A DNA stretch of 64,000 nt, from assembly GCA_963733035.1 (NCBI GenBank), contig CAVTBU010000005.1, positions 1,888,001-1,952,000 on the forward strand, read 5' to 3'. The notes beneath the pieces are model-generated. The model made no database searches. It saw only the letters and a list, made by a program, of their open reading frames with translations, and had not been told where the DNA came from. Position 1 is the first letter of the stretch, and each line of letters starts with the position of its first letter. Below are positions 1 to 10,047 of the stretch, piece after piece. Both the position numbers and the translations under genes were made by a program. The stretch comes from Pirellulales bacterium. GTDB lineage: Bacteria; Planctomycetota; Planctomycetia; Pirellulales; PALSA-1355.

Positions 1-47
1 GGGGCACGTAGACGGTCGAAATTGGCATCGCGCATGCGGAGCTGACG

Positions 48-1028
48 ATGAATTGTCGAGCAAAGTTGCACGCAGTTACGTGCTGGTCTGGTTGGACAGC
101 ACTTGGCCTGGGAATGGCAATGCTGACATCCAGCAGAGGATTCGCCTCGGAGCCTGCCGGCAGCGTAGAGGATGCTCGCGCGGCGAGCGAGGCGGCTCTT
201 GCCAAGATGGTCCAGGAGGATGGCTACGGCCTTCCGCGGGATAAAGATTTGATTCGCGTGAAGCCGCCGTTTGCGAGCCGTCGCATGGAGTATTACTACT
301 GGGCCTATCCCTCGCAAGCGAGTGCGATTCCCGAAGGCCCATCGGCGATGGTGTTCCGCTGGAACAACAAAGGGCGGCTGCGTACTCCCGGCATGAATTT
401 TTCCGGTGACCCGACGACCACCGGTTACACGCTCGTGGGCATCCTTGATTCCTTGTGTGGCATTAAAAGCCAAGAAATCGAGGGACCCAGCGACCTACTA
501 GCAGCACCTTGCTCGGGGGATTGGGTCGTTCGCGAAGGCGCCTCCAACGATGAACTCGTGAACCAGCTCGCGACGATTCTCCGGGAGCAGCTTGCTCTGC
601 CCGTACGGATGGAGTTCCGGGAGGCCGAACGCGAAGTATACGTCGCCAGCGGTCAGTACAAGTGGGCTCCGCTTGCCAGCCAGAGTCAACAAACCGCGCC
701 CGACGATTCGACGAAGTCGGATCAGATTGAAATCTATGGCAAGCAGATCGTACCGGACAGTGGCGCAGGAGGAGGGTGTGGCAACTTCGAAAAATTTCTC
801 GATTGGCTAGGAAGGTGGATCAATGCCCCGGTTGTCTCTGACGTTCGGCAACCCCCCGCTCACCAATTGTGTTGGCATTTACACGAGCGTTCACCGTCGA
901 CGCTACAGACGCTCGGCGAAGATCACGCCCCTTCGCTGGTGCTTGCCAACATCAGTGCCCAAACCGGCCTGACCTTCAAAGCCGAGACTCGACGCGTGAG
1001 AATCCTGTTCGTGGAGCGCACCGAATAA
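48..1028 (+). CDS. Exported hypothetical protein, distantly resembling TIGR03435-type domains
   Basis: 326-aa ORF with a hydrophobic N-terminus. Segments LATILREQLALPVRMEFREAEREVYV and LANISAQTGLTFKAETRRVRILFVER recall the TIGR03435 pattern. Start uncertain. Confidence 0.55.
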   Translation: MNCRAKLHAVTCWSGWTALGLGMAMLTSSRGFASEPAGSVEDARAASEAALAKMVQEDGYGLPRDKDLIRVKPPFASRRMEYYYWAYPSQASAIPEGPSAMVFRWNNKGRLRTPGMNFSGDPTTTGYTLVGILDSLCGIKSQEIEGPSDLLAAPCSGDWVVREGASNDELVNQLATILREQLALPVRMEFREAEREVYVASGQYKWAPLASQSQQTAPDDSTKSDQIEIYGKQIVPDSGAGGGCGNFEKFLDWLGRWINAPVVSDVRQPPAHQLCWHLHERSPSTLQTLGEDHAPSLVLANISAQTGLTFKAETRRVRILFVERTE

Positions 1029-1094
1029 GCCCGCAACGACAATCGTTTCGCGACCGAATGAGTCAGGGCACTAGACGCATCATACTCGCCAGGT

Positions 1095-2489
1095 TTATTC
1101 GGGCCGATTCCGGCGGTTGCGGGCTCCGCGGACGGGGATCCACTTCGCTTCGACGTTTTCGCGATTCCAGCGATTCCAATCGGCGGCGAGCTCGTTGACC
1201 TTGTCGGGCTGCTGGTCGGCCAGATTCGTCGTCTCGCCGATGTCCTGGCTGAGGTTGTAGAGCTCCGCCCCGTCCATGTTGGCCGTGGTTCGCAACTCGA
1301 TCCCGACGATGCCGGGGCCGCCGGCGCCCTTGACCAGCTTCCAGTCGCCCTTGCGGATGGCTACCTGTGGCCCAAAGCGCCAGTAGAGCGCCTCGTGCGG
1401 TGCGCCGCTTTGCTCGCCGGTCAGGTAGGGCAAGAGATTCACACCCTCGAGCTTCCACTGCGGCTCGATCGCGACGCCGGCGGCGGCCAGCGCCGTCGGC
1501 ACGATGTCGAGCTGAATGACGGGTCTGTCGTCGACTTTGCCGGCTGGGATGTGGCCTTTCCACTGGACCATGAACGGCACGCGAATCCCGCCTTCCCAGG
1601 TCTGAGCCTTGAAACCTCGCAGCGGTCCGTTCTTGCTGGTCGTTTGCCGGGTTGGGCCCCCGTTGTCGCTGAAGAAGAAGATCAGCGTGTTCTCCTCTTG
1701 TCCAAGCTCCTGGATCTTGTCGAGCACGCTACCGACGGCATCGTCCATCGCCGATTGCATGGCGGCGTAGGGGAGCCGTTTGTCATTCTTGATATTTGGA
1801 AACCGAGCAAGATACTTGTCCGTCGCTTGGAGCGGACCGTGCACGGCATTGAAGGCGAGGTAGCAAAACCACGGGCTCGACTTGTGGTGTTCAATGAACT
1901 TCACGGCTTCGCGGCCAAAGGCGTCGGTCGTATAGCCATCGATATCGGTCGTTGGCGTGGTGCCGCGCAGAATCGGATTGGCCTTATCGGCCGAGGCGTC
2001 GAGATACGAGTGCGCGCCGCCCAGAAAGCCATAGTACTCATCAAAGCCACGCTTGAACGGATGAAAGGGGGGCGCGTAGCCGAGATGCGACTTGCCGAAC
2101 CAGCCGGTCGTATAGCCGGCCGCTTTCAAGTGGTCGCCGATCGTGATTTCGCTCAGCGGCAGACCGAACGCGTCGCTGGCCGAGCGCGCCGGTCCGGGAT
2201 TGAACTCATGGCCAAAGCGCGTTTGATAGCGTCCCGTCAGGAGGCCAGCCCGAGTCGGGCTGCAATACGGTCCGCTCACGTAGCCGCTGGTGAACCGCAC
2301 GCCGCCGCGAGCGATTCGATCGATATTCGGCGTCGGAATCTGGCGGGTAAATCCCTGGCATCCCAACTCACCGTAGCCAAGATCGTCGGCCAGAATCACG
2401 AGCACATTCGGCTTTGAGGGCGCCGCGGCAAGCGTGGCGTGCCCAATCAACGACAGCAGACCAAACAAAAACAGGCATTGTCGAGTCAC
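1095..2489 (-). CDS. Exported arylsulfatase (formylglycine-dependent S1 sulfatase)
   Basis: Signal peptide, PNVLVILADDLG, canonical CSPTRAGLLTGR (CxPxR), GKSHLG, SDNGG, ELYNL. Confidence 0.93.
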   Translation of the reverse strand: MTRQCLFLFGLLSLIGHATLAAAPSKPNVLVILADDLGYGELGCQGFTRQIPTPNIDRIARGGVRFTSGYVSGPYCSPTRAGLLTGRYQTRFGHEFNPGPARSASDAFGLPLSEITIGDHLKAAGYTTGWFGKSHLGYAPPFHPFKRGFDEYYGFLGGAHSYLDASADKANPILRGTTPTTDIDGYTTDAFGREAVKFIEHHKSSPWFCYLAFNAVHGPLQATDKYLARFPNIKNDKRLPYAAMQSAMDDAVGSVLDKIQELGQEENTLIFFFSDNGGPTRQTTSKNGPLRGFKAQTWEGGIRVPFMVQWKGHIPAGKVDDRPVIQLDIVPTALAAAGVAIEPQWKLEGVNLLPYLTGEQSGAPHEALYWRFGPQVAIRKGDWKLVKGAGGPGIVGIELRTTANMDGAELYNLSQDIGETTNLADQQPDKVNELAADWNRWNRENVEAKWIPVRGARNRRNRPE

Positions 2490-2726
2490 GGAAGCGCCCC
2501 CGCCAAAGAAGTGACGATGCGGAAAGGAATTGTCACGGATCTCTTTTTACCCGGTTGCCCCCTACTAAACACCACTCGTTTGCCCGGGTTTCGCCGGATG
2601 TCGTTTTCGGCCCCCCTGGACGAGGCGCGGCGGTGCGATTTCGGGTATACTCAAGCGGCTCGCCGAGAGTATCACACTGCCCGACCTGCCAAGCGACCCG
2701 CCATCTAATCTTCAGGAGTCACAACC

Positions 2727-2861
2727 ATGGGCGCCAATCGTGCCGGTGACAATTTGCGTCGTAAGCGGAAACGACAGGTTAAGAACCTGCGAACGAAGTG
2801 GGCGGCCGAGGATCGCGCGGCCGAGGCGGCTGGCAAGCTGACAAAAAAAACGCAAAAGTAA
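2727..2861 (+). CDS. Small basic protein, 44 aa, below the ORF-track cutoff
   Basis: AGGAG RBS 8 nt upstream of ATG 2727. Translates to MGANRAGDNLRRKRKRQVKNLRTKWAAEDRAAEAAGKLTKKTQK*. Lies in an otherwise empty intergenic gap. Confidence 0.6.
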   Translation: MGANRAGDNLRRKRKRQVKNLRTKWAAEDRAAEAAGKLTKKTQK

Positions 2862-2908
2862 CGGCGGTTCGAGGCCAGCGAGCCTTTCGCGCCACGGAGA
2901 GCAACGAC

Positions 2909-4326
2909 ATGCACAAGTTGCCCAGGACTTCTCGACGAGCCTTTCTGGTGGCCTCGACGCTCGGCTATGCCGGCCTCCAGTTCGGTCGACCGGCGTTGGG
3001 CGCGACCACAGACGCCTCGCAAACACAGGCCGGCGGGAAAGCCAAATCCACAATCTTGTTCTTTCTGTGCGGCGGGGCATCGCACGTCGACAGTTGGGAT
3101 ATGAAGCCCGAGGCGCCGCTGGAATATCGGGGCCCGTTTCAGTCGATTGCCACGAGTGCTCCGGACATTCGTCTGTGCGAGCACTTGCCGCTGCTGTCCA
3201 AGCAGGCGCACCACCTGGCGCTCATCCGTTCGGTCGGCGGGTCGGTTAACACGAATGACCATCACGCCGGCTACTATTACAACCTGACGGGGCACGAGGC
3301 GGATCCGACGTTTCTCTCGCTGGGGAACAACCGCACGCCGTACGCCGACGATTGGCCGTTCATGGGCGCGGTGGTGGCGGCCAAGCGTCCGCCGCATCGG
3401 TATCTGGCCAACGCGATCACGCTGCCACACATGCCGAGCAAAGCGCCTACACGCGCCCCGGGCAGTTCGCGGCGCGGCTAGGCGTGGAGTACGATCCGTT
3501 GTACCTGCAAGGGAGCGTCGAGACGCCGCTCAAGTTTTCCGCGCCGTCGCTCGAGTTGCAGCAGGGAGTTAGCACTAGCCGCGTTGCATCGCGGCGCGAG
3601 TTGCTCACGGCGCTGGATGACGCACGGCGACAGTTCGACGCCAACGTCCGCACCGAAACGTGGAACCGCCAGCAAGAACGGGCGTTCAAGCTGTTGGCCT
3701 CGTCGCGGACGGCGGCGGCGTTTGACGTGGCGGCCGAACCGGAGGCTGTTCGGCAGCGATACGGCGAAAACGTTAACGGCATGAGCCTGCTGCTGGCGCG
3801 TCGCCTGGCCGAGGCCGAAGTGCCGTTTATCACGGTGTTCTGGAAAGAGGACGAGAATCGGCTCGCCAAGAAGTGCGCCAGCGCCGGCGGCTGGGACACG
3901 CACGGCAACAACTTCAATTGCCTGAAGGAAGACCTGCTGCCGACTTTCGATCAGGCGTTCTCGGCGCTCATCGAGGACCTAGCCGAGCGCAACATGCTCG
4001 ACCAGACGCTGCTGATGGTCACAAGCGAAATGGGCCGCACGCCCAAAATCGGCGACCCGCGCTCGGGCGGACAAACTGGCGCCGGCCGCGACCACTGGAC
4101 GCATTGCCTGACCGACATCCTGGCCGGCGGCGGCATTCGGGGCGGACAGGTGTATGGATCGAGCGACCGCCGCGGTGAGTATCCGGCCGACCGACCGGTA
4201 ACGCCCGCCCACGTGACGAAGACCGTCTACCACGCGATGGGCATTCACGACCTCGACGTGATGGACCGCGAAGGGCGCCCGATCAACCTGTTGGCCGAGG
4301 GCGCGGCGCTGACGTCGTTGTTCTAA
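2909..4326 (+). CDS. DUF1501 family protein, Tat-like leader; 1-nt frameshift at ~3447, probably a sequencing error
   Basis: SRRAFL leader, LCGGASHVDSWDMKP, GGWDTH, SEMGRTPKI, GRDHW, GGQVYGSSD. ORFs 2798-3481 and 3352-4326 join into 472 aa by adding one C (KAPYTRPGQF). Confidence 0.88.
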
Positions 4327-4398
4327 TTGACCAAATTGGGCATCGCTGCCACTGGCACACTGCGGCCACGGGCATTGTCGGGAAAGCCGATTGAACGG

Positions 4399-7300
4399 CT
4401 ACTCTCGCGTTTCGGGTGCGAACCCACGGCGCATCGTGTTTTCAGTGATGGTTCGCGGCACGACGAATTGCAGCAGGTAGTCGGGCCCGCCGGCCTTGGT
4501 ACCGATGCCAGACATGCGAAAGCCGCCAAATGGCTGGCGGCCGACGAGCGCGCCGGTGGTGCCGCGATTCAGATACAGATTGCCGACCATCAGCTCGCGA
4601 CGCGCGCGATCGAAGTGTTCTGGACTACGCGAGAACATGCCGCCCGTCAGGGCATAGTCGGTACCGTTGAACACGCGGATCGCTTCGTCGAGGTTGCTGA
4701 CTCGCATCACGCAAAGCACGGGCCCAAAGATTTCTTCCTGCGCCAGTTGGCCGTCGGGCGGAACGTCGGTGAAAATGTGCGGACCGACGTAGTATCCCTG
4801 TTCGGCGAGCGGCCCCACGTCGACAGCCAGCGCCACGCGGCCGGTCTCGCGGCCGATTTGAATGTACTTGCCAATCCGCTCCAGCGCTTCGGCGTCGATG
4901 ACGGCAGAGAAGCTGGAAGCCGCTTCTTCGGCCGGGCCGACCTTCAGGCTACGGGTGGCTTCGACGAGCCGTTCGAGAAACGTGTCGTAGACCGCGTCGA
5001 GCACGATCGCGCGCGAGCAGGCCGAGCACTTCTGCCCCTGATACCCGAAGGCGCTTTTCACGACCCCCAAGACTGCTTCGTCAAGGTCGGCGTCATCGTC
5101 GACGATGATCGCGTTCTTGCCCCCCATTTCCGCAATCACGTGTTTGACGAACTTCAGGTTGCCCCGCGCCGAGACCTCGGCCGCTTTGGCGTTGATGGCC
5201 AGACCCACGGCTCGCGAGCCCGTAAAGGCGATCGTCGCGACGCGCGGATGCTCAACCAAAGCGGCACCGACAACTTCGCCTGGGCCGGGCAGGTAGTTGA
5301 CCACACCGCTGGGGAGCTGCGCCTCGCGAAAGACTTCCATGAGCTTCGCGGCCATCACGCTCGACTGCTCGGCCGGCTTCATGACGACGGTGTTTCCGGT
5401 GGCCAGCGCCGCGGTCGTCATGCCCGTGAGAATGGCCAGCGGAAAATTCCAGGGCGCGATGACGGCGGTCACGCCGCGCGGCACATACATGAAACGGTTT
5501 TCCTCACCGGGAACATCGACGCCGTGCGGCTGTTCGAGATGCACCGCGCCAGCGGCATAATACTCGCAAAAGTCGATCGCCTCGCAGACGTCGGCATCGG
5601 CCTCGCGCCACTCCTTGGCACACTCGTGCACCTGCCAGGCGGCCAGTTCGAAGCGGCGACGGCGCATGATTTTGGCGACCGAGCGAAGATACTCGGCACG
5701 CTCTTGGGCGCCAAGCGACGACCAATCGGCCAGCGCGCAAGCAGCGGCTTCGACCGCCTGATCGACTTGCGGTTTGCCGGCGCTGGCCACGCGGCCGACG
5801 GCGCTGGCCATGTGCGAAGGACAGATCGACGCGAACCACTGGCCGGTCATCACTTCCTGACCGTCGATCACCAGCGGGTACTCTCCGTCGAACTGCGACT
5901 CGACATCGAGCAGGGCGTCTCGCATCGCTTGCCGGACTTCCTGGCGACTGAAATCTGCCGGCGGCTCGTTGCGGTAGCTGGGGGCAAACCGCGCATGAGC
6001 GGCGTGCGTCTTCTCGCGGCCATCGTTTGAGGCGTGCTCGCCTGCAAGATTCGCGGGATTCATCAGTAGTTTCTCCGCCGAGACGTGCTCGGTAAAACTA
6101 GCTCGCAGAAACGATTCGTTCGACGTGTTTTCCAGCAGCCGACGGACCAGGTAGGCCATGCCGGGAATCAACTCGCCGTACGGCATGTAGATTCGCAGCC
6201 GGTAACCGAGGTCGACCAGCGCCTGCTGCTGGGCAGCGGCCATGCCGTACAGCATCTGCAGTTCCCAGGCATCCTTGGCTAACCCCAGTTCCTGGGCAAC
6301 TGCCATACCGTGGGCCAGGGAGCGAAGGTTGTGACTCCCGAGCGCGGTGCGTAGATGATCGGAGTGTGTGAGCGCATAGCGGGTGAGCGCTTCGTAGTTC
6401 GCGTCGGTTTGCCACTTTTCCTGATACACCGGCACGGGCCAGCCGGTGGCCTGGGCGTGCACCGTTTCGTAGTCCCAGTAGGCACCTTTGACCAATCGCA
6501 CCCACACGGGCGTGCCGCGCCTTTGGACCCACGCGACCAACTTTTGCAGATCGCCCGCCGAATCTTTCAAGTAACATTGCAGGACAATGCCCACGTCGCT
6601 CGTATCGCGGAATTCGTCTTCCATCATGATTTGGCGGAAGATGGCCAGCGTCAGGTCCTTGACCTGATAGGACTCCATGTCGACGTTGACGAATGCCCGC
6701 CGCTCGCGCGCCACACGGAGCAGCGCGCGGAGTCGAGCTCCGGCCCGCTGGGACGAGCCGTCGGGATCGATCGGATCAAACTGACTATCGAGCGCCGAGA
6801 GCTTGACCGAAACATTGACGCGGGGAATTTCCCGGCCGCCGGCTCGGTCGATCTGGGGCACCTCGGGCCAGTCGTTGACGATCGGGGCGATGCCTTCGAT
6901 GAGATCGATGTATTGCCGCAGATAGTGGTCGGCTTCCGGCTCGCTGGTTACGGCTTCACCGAGCACGTCGAGCGTGAACGCGCGGCCCAGTTTACGCTCG
7001 CGCATCGCCGCGACCAGGACTTCGTTTTCGTTCGTGCCGGCAATAAACCGGCGAGCATGACCCAACGCGTTTCGCCGGGCCGCCAACGCCAGTGCCCGGC
7101 CGGCGATGGATTTGGGAGTGGCAACCGCCAGCCCCAGCCGCACGGCCGACGGCAAGTATTGCCGGACGTCGTGAAAGTACTCGTGCAGATGCTGGGTCAC
7201 CGCGGTGCTCTTGGTAAGCATCGGCAGCACGTCGATGAACCGGAACATCTGCACCTTCACCGATTCGTCCTGCATCGCCCAAGCCATGATGCGGTCGTCC

Positions 7301-7443
7301 CACCAGCGGCGGTCGAGCACCGACGGCTCCGCGGAGGCAGAGCTCGCGAACAAGTGACGCCCGAATTCGTGCGTCATGTCTTCGATGCGGGCCAACTGCT
7401 GGGGCGAAAAGTCGTGAGATACAGTCGTCACGGCATCTCTCAA
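4399..7443 (-). CDS. putA: Bifunctional proline dehydrogenase / P5C (glutamate semialdehyde) dehydrogenase PutA
   Basis: PRODH motifs VRLVKGAYWD, GSHN, QMLYGM, YLVRRLLEN. ALDH motifs PWNFP, FTGS, EMGGKN, GQKCSA, EEIFGP. Start uncertain (TTG). Confidence 0.95.
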   Translation of the reverse strand: MRDAVTTVSHDFSPQQLARIEDMTHEFGRHLFASSASAEPSVLDRRWWDDRIMAWAMQDESVKVQMFRFIDVLPMLTKSTAVTQHLHEYFHDVRQYLPSAVRLGLAVATPKSIAGRALALAARRNALGHARRFIAGTNENEVLVAAMRERKLGRAFTLDVLGEAVTSEPEADHYLRQYIDLIEGIAPIVNDWPEVPQIDRAGGREIPRVNVSVKLSALDSQFDPIDPDGSSQRAGARLRALLRVARERRAFVNVDMESYQVKDLTLAIFRQIMMEDEFRDTSDVGIVLQCYLKDSAGDLQKLVAWVQRRGTPVWVRLVKGAYWDYETVHAQATGWPVPVYQEKWQTDANYEALTRYALTHSDHLRTALGSHNLRSLAHGMAVAQELGLAKDAWELQMLYGMAAAQQQALVDLGYRLRIYMPYGELIPGMAYLVRRLLENTSNESFLRASFTEHVSAEKLLMNPANLAGEHASNDGREKTHAAHARFAPSYRNEPPADFSRQEVRQAMRDALLDVESQFDGEYPLVIDGQEVMTGQWFASICPSHMASAVGRVASAGKPQVDQAVEAAACALADWSSLGAQERAEYLRSVAKIMRRRRFELAAWQVHECAKEWREADADVCEAIDFCEYYAAGAVHLEQPHGVDVPGEENRFMYVPRGVTAVIAPWNFPLAILTGMTTAALATGNTVVMKPAEQSSVMAAKLMEVFREAQLPSGVVNYLPGPGEVVGAALVEHPRVATIAFTGSRAVGLAINAKAAEVSARGNLKFVKHVIAEMGGKNAIIVDDDADLDEAVLGVVKSAFGYQGQKCSACSRAIVLDAVYDTFLERLVEATRSLKVGPAEEAASSFSAVIDAEALERIGKYIQIGRETGRVALAVDVGPLAEQGYYVGPHIFTDVPPDGQLAQEEIFGPVLCVMRVSNLDEAIRVFNGTDYALTGGMFSRSPEHFDRARRELMVGNLYLNRGTTGALVGRQPFGGFRMSGIGTKAGGPDYLLQFVVPRTITENTMRRGFAPETRE

Positions 7444-7598
7444 GTCGGAGAGAAAGGGAAGATGTTATCGAATTCTACGCAATCGGCACACGCTGGGCGA
7501 CGTTCTGTTTTCCGTGGGCCAAGATCGCCGTCTCGGGGACGAATTCCTGGTGTTCCGCTGCCGCACGCGACTACAATTGATCGCCGAGGAATCCTGCC

Positions 7599-8759
7599 AT
7601 GCTGACATCCGTTCGACACTGCTGGCCGCCTATTGGTTTGGTGGCGTTGATCGCGGTGGCGTATGCCGCCCCTGCGAGGGCCGATGCTCCCGCGAAATCG
7701 AGCGCTGCAAATGCCGACCGCCAGCAGCAGATTGCCGCCGCGGTGCTGGCGGCGATGGAAAAGGACGAAGTTCCCGGCGCCAGCCTCGCGGTCATCGAGG
7801 ACTACGAGATTGCCTGGACCGCCGGATACGGTCGCAAGGTGGCCGACAGCGAAAACGCCGTGACGCCCGAAACTCTGTTTCAGGCAGCATCAATATCGAA
7901 GCCGATTACGGCGATGGCGACCTTGAAACTGGTCGAGCAGGGCAAGCTCGATCTGGATGCCTCGGTAAACGATCAACTCAAGTCGTGGAGCATCCCAAAG
8001 AGCAACATTGCCCAAAGGACGCCGATCAAGTTGCGTCACCTGCTCAGCCACTACGCCGGCTTGACGGTGCATGGCTTCAACGGCTACACGACCACGGAAC
8101 AACGACCGACGCTCGTGCAGGTGCTCAATGGCGAGCAACCGGCCAATTCGCCGGCGGTTCGTCCTGTCATGCGTGCCGAATACAAATTCTCCTACTCGGG
8201 CGGCGGTTACAGCGTGTTGCAGCAATTGCTGATCGACGTCAGCGGGGAGCCGTTTCCGGCGTTCATGCAAGAGACCGTACTTGGTCCGCTACGGATGTCT
8301 CACAGTACTTATGAGCAACCATTTCCCGCCGAATTGGCTGCCGAAGCCGCGGCCGGCCATCGACCGAAGGGGCTCGTGCTGGCAGGCCAGTGGCATGTGT
8401 ATCCCGAAATGGCGGCGGCCGGCCTTTGGACAACCCCTAGCGATTTGGCGCTGGCCGCGATCGATCTTTCCAAGAGCTACTCCGGGCAAGGGGGCCAGAT
8501 TCTCTCGCAAGAGATGGCCCGCAAGATGCTGACGCTGCAAAACAGCCATTGTGGGCTGGGGTTCTTTGTCAACGGCGAGGGCCAGCACCTCAAGTTCGAG
8601 CATGGCGGCGCCAACGAGGGATTCCGCTGCATGCTCGTCGCCTACCCGGAAACGGGGCAGGGCGTGGCCATGATGACCAACAGCGACACCGGCAGTAACG
8701 TCCTTACCTCGACGATAAAGCTAGTGGCCGACTTGTATGACTGGCCGACGAACGACTGA
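7599..8759 (+). CDS. Exported serine hydrolase, beta-lactamase class C-like family
   Basis: Signal peptide, FQAASISK (SxxK), LLSHYAG, YSGGGY, HGG. Confidence 0.88.
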   Translation: MLTSVRHCWPPIGLVALIAVAYAAPARADAPAKSSAANADRQQQIAAAVLAAMEKDEVPGASLAVIEDYEIAWTAGYGRKVADSENAVTPETLFQAASISKPITAMATLKLVEQGKLDLDASVNDQLKSWSIPKSNIAQRTPIKLRHLLSHYAGLTVHGFNGYTTTEQRPTLVQVLNGEQPANSPAVRPVMRAEYKFSYSGGGYSVLQQLLIDVSGEPFPAFMQETVLGPLRMSHSTYEQPFPAELAAEAAAGHRPKGLVLAGQWHVYPEMAAAGLWTTPSDLALAAIDLSKSYSGQGGQILSQEMARKMLTLQNSHCGLGFFVNGEGQHLKFEHGGANEGFRCMLVAYPETGQGVAMMTNSDTGSNVLTSTIKLVADLYDWPTND

Positions 8760-8818
8760 TAAGATTCGTCTCCAGCGCAAATACGAGCCTTGCTTTTTGC
8801 AGCCGCCGTTCCTCGCGG

Positions 8819-10047
8819 CTATCGCTTGGTGTCGCTGACGACTTTCCCTTCGATCACACATCCAACACAGTGGGTGGTGTACTCGAACGGATCGCCGTCG
8901 TAGAGGGCCAGGTCGCCGTCTTTGCCGACTTCCAGCGAGCCGACACGGTTGTCGATGCCTAGTATCTTCGCGGCATCAATGGTGATCGTGCGGAGCGCTT
9001 GATCGAATGACAGTCCGTTGGCCGCCGCCACGGCCGCTTCGAACAGTACCACGCGTGTTTTGGGCACGTACGCCTCGAAGCCGCTCTGCAGTGCCACGGG
9101 AATTCCGGCCTCGACGAGCTTGGCGGCCGTCTCGAAGCTCAGATTTTCATGTTCACCAAAGGCGCGTTGCATCGGCGCGTGACTGATCACGGGCACGCCA
9201 GCGGCCTTGATCTCGTCGATGAGCAAATACGACTCGCAAGCGCCATCGAGCCAGACTTGAATGTCGAATTCCTTGGCCAGTCGTAGCGCGCTGACGATGT
9301 CGCGCGACCGATCGGCCGTGATCAGCAGCGGCTTTTTGCGACCGAGTACTTCGACCAACGATTCCAGGTGCAAGTCGCGCGCGGGGGCTCCCCTTTTTCG
9401 CCGGCCTCTTCGGCCCGGCGTTTCTTTTCCTGATATTCGCGGGCCTTGATCAACTCGGCCCGCAACATGGCCATCGACTTGCCGCGCGTGCCCGGCGATT
9501 TGCTGCCGGTCTTTTGGGCGGCCGTGCCGATGGTGGCCGCGATCGCTTTCGACGGCTCAATCACGGCCTCGGCCACGGTGTCGCCGCGAGTTTTGGCGAT
9601 CAGCGTTTGACCGGACATCAGTTCGCCGGGGGCGTGGCAGGCATGGATCGTGGTTACGCCGAAGCTGCGAACCCACTCGACGAGCGGATCAGTGGCATTG
9701 TAGGCGTCAATCGCCCGCAGCTCAGGTTGGATGGGCGTCGAGCTTTCCAGCTGATCTTGATCGTGCGGGATATTCAGAATTCCGGAGAGGCCGACCGTCG
9801 AATGCGCGTCGACCAGACCGGGCGTGACGACCTCGGCCTCGAGAACCTTAAAACCCTCGGGAACCGCGATCTGATCCGCCCGGCCGATGGCCGTGATCTT
9901 GCCGTCCTGGATTACGACGATGCCGTCGGAGATCAGCGCGCCGGCCATGGTGTGAATGGTCTTACCACGCACGGCCACTTGGGCGATGGCGGTGGCGGAA
10001 CTAGCGCACAGGCAGGCGGCAAGCAACGTTTTTAGTACGGCGTTCAC
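8819..10047 (-). CDS. Exported amidohydrolase-family protein with degenerate metal ligands; frameshift at ~9383
   Basis: PGLVDAHST, FGVTT, GSLEVGKDGD. ORFs 9322-10047 and 8819-9373 join with +1 nt (EPPARDLHLE) into 409 aa. Confidence 0.85.

Noticed and set aside
4327..6030. Long antisense ORFs (4327-6030, 12739-14853, 14549-16141, 19391-20986, 34114-36018, 52391-54265)
   Set aside because: They are shadows of well-supported genes on the opposite strand, expected from high-GC codon bias, and show no recognisable motifs
7599..8759. Antibiotic-resistance beta-lactamase
   Set aside because: YSG in place of YxN and HGG in place of KTG indicate a generic serine esterase/peptidase of that fold; resistance cannot be claimed
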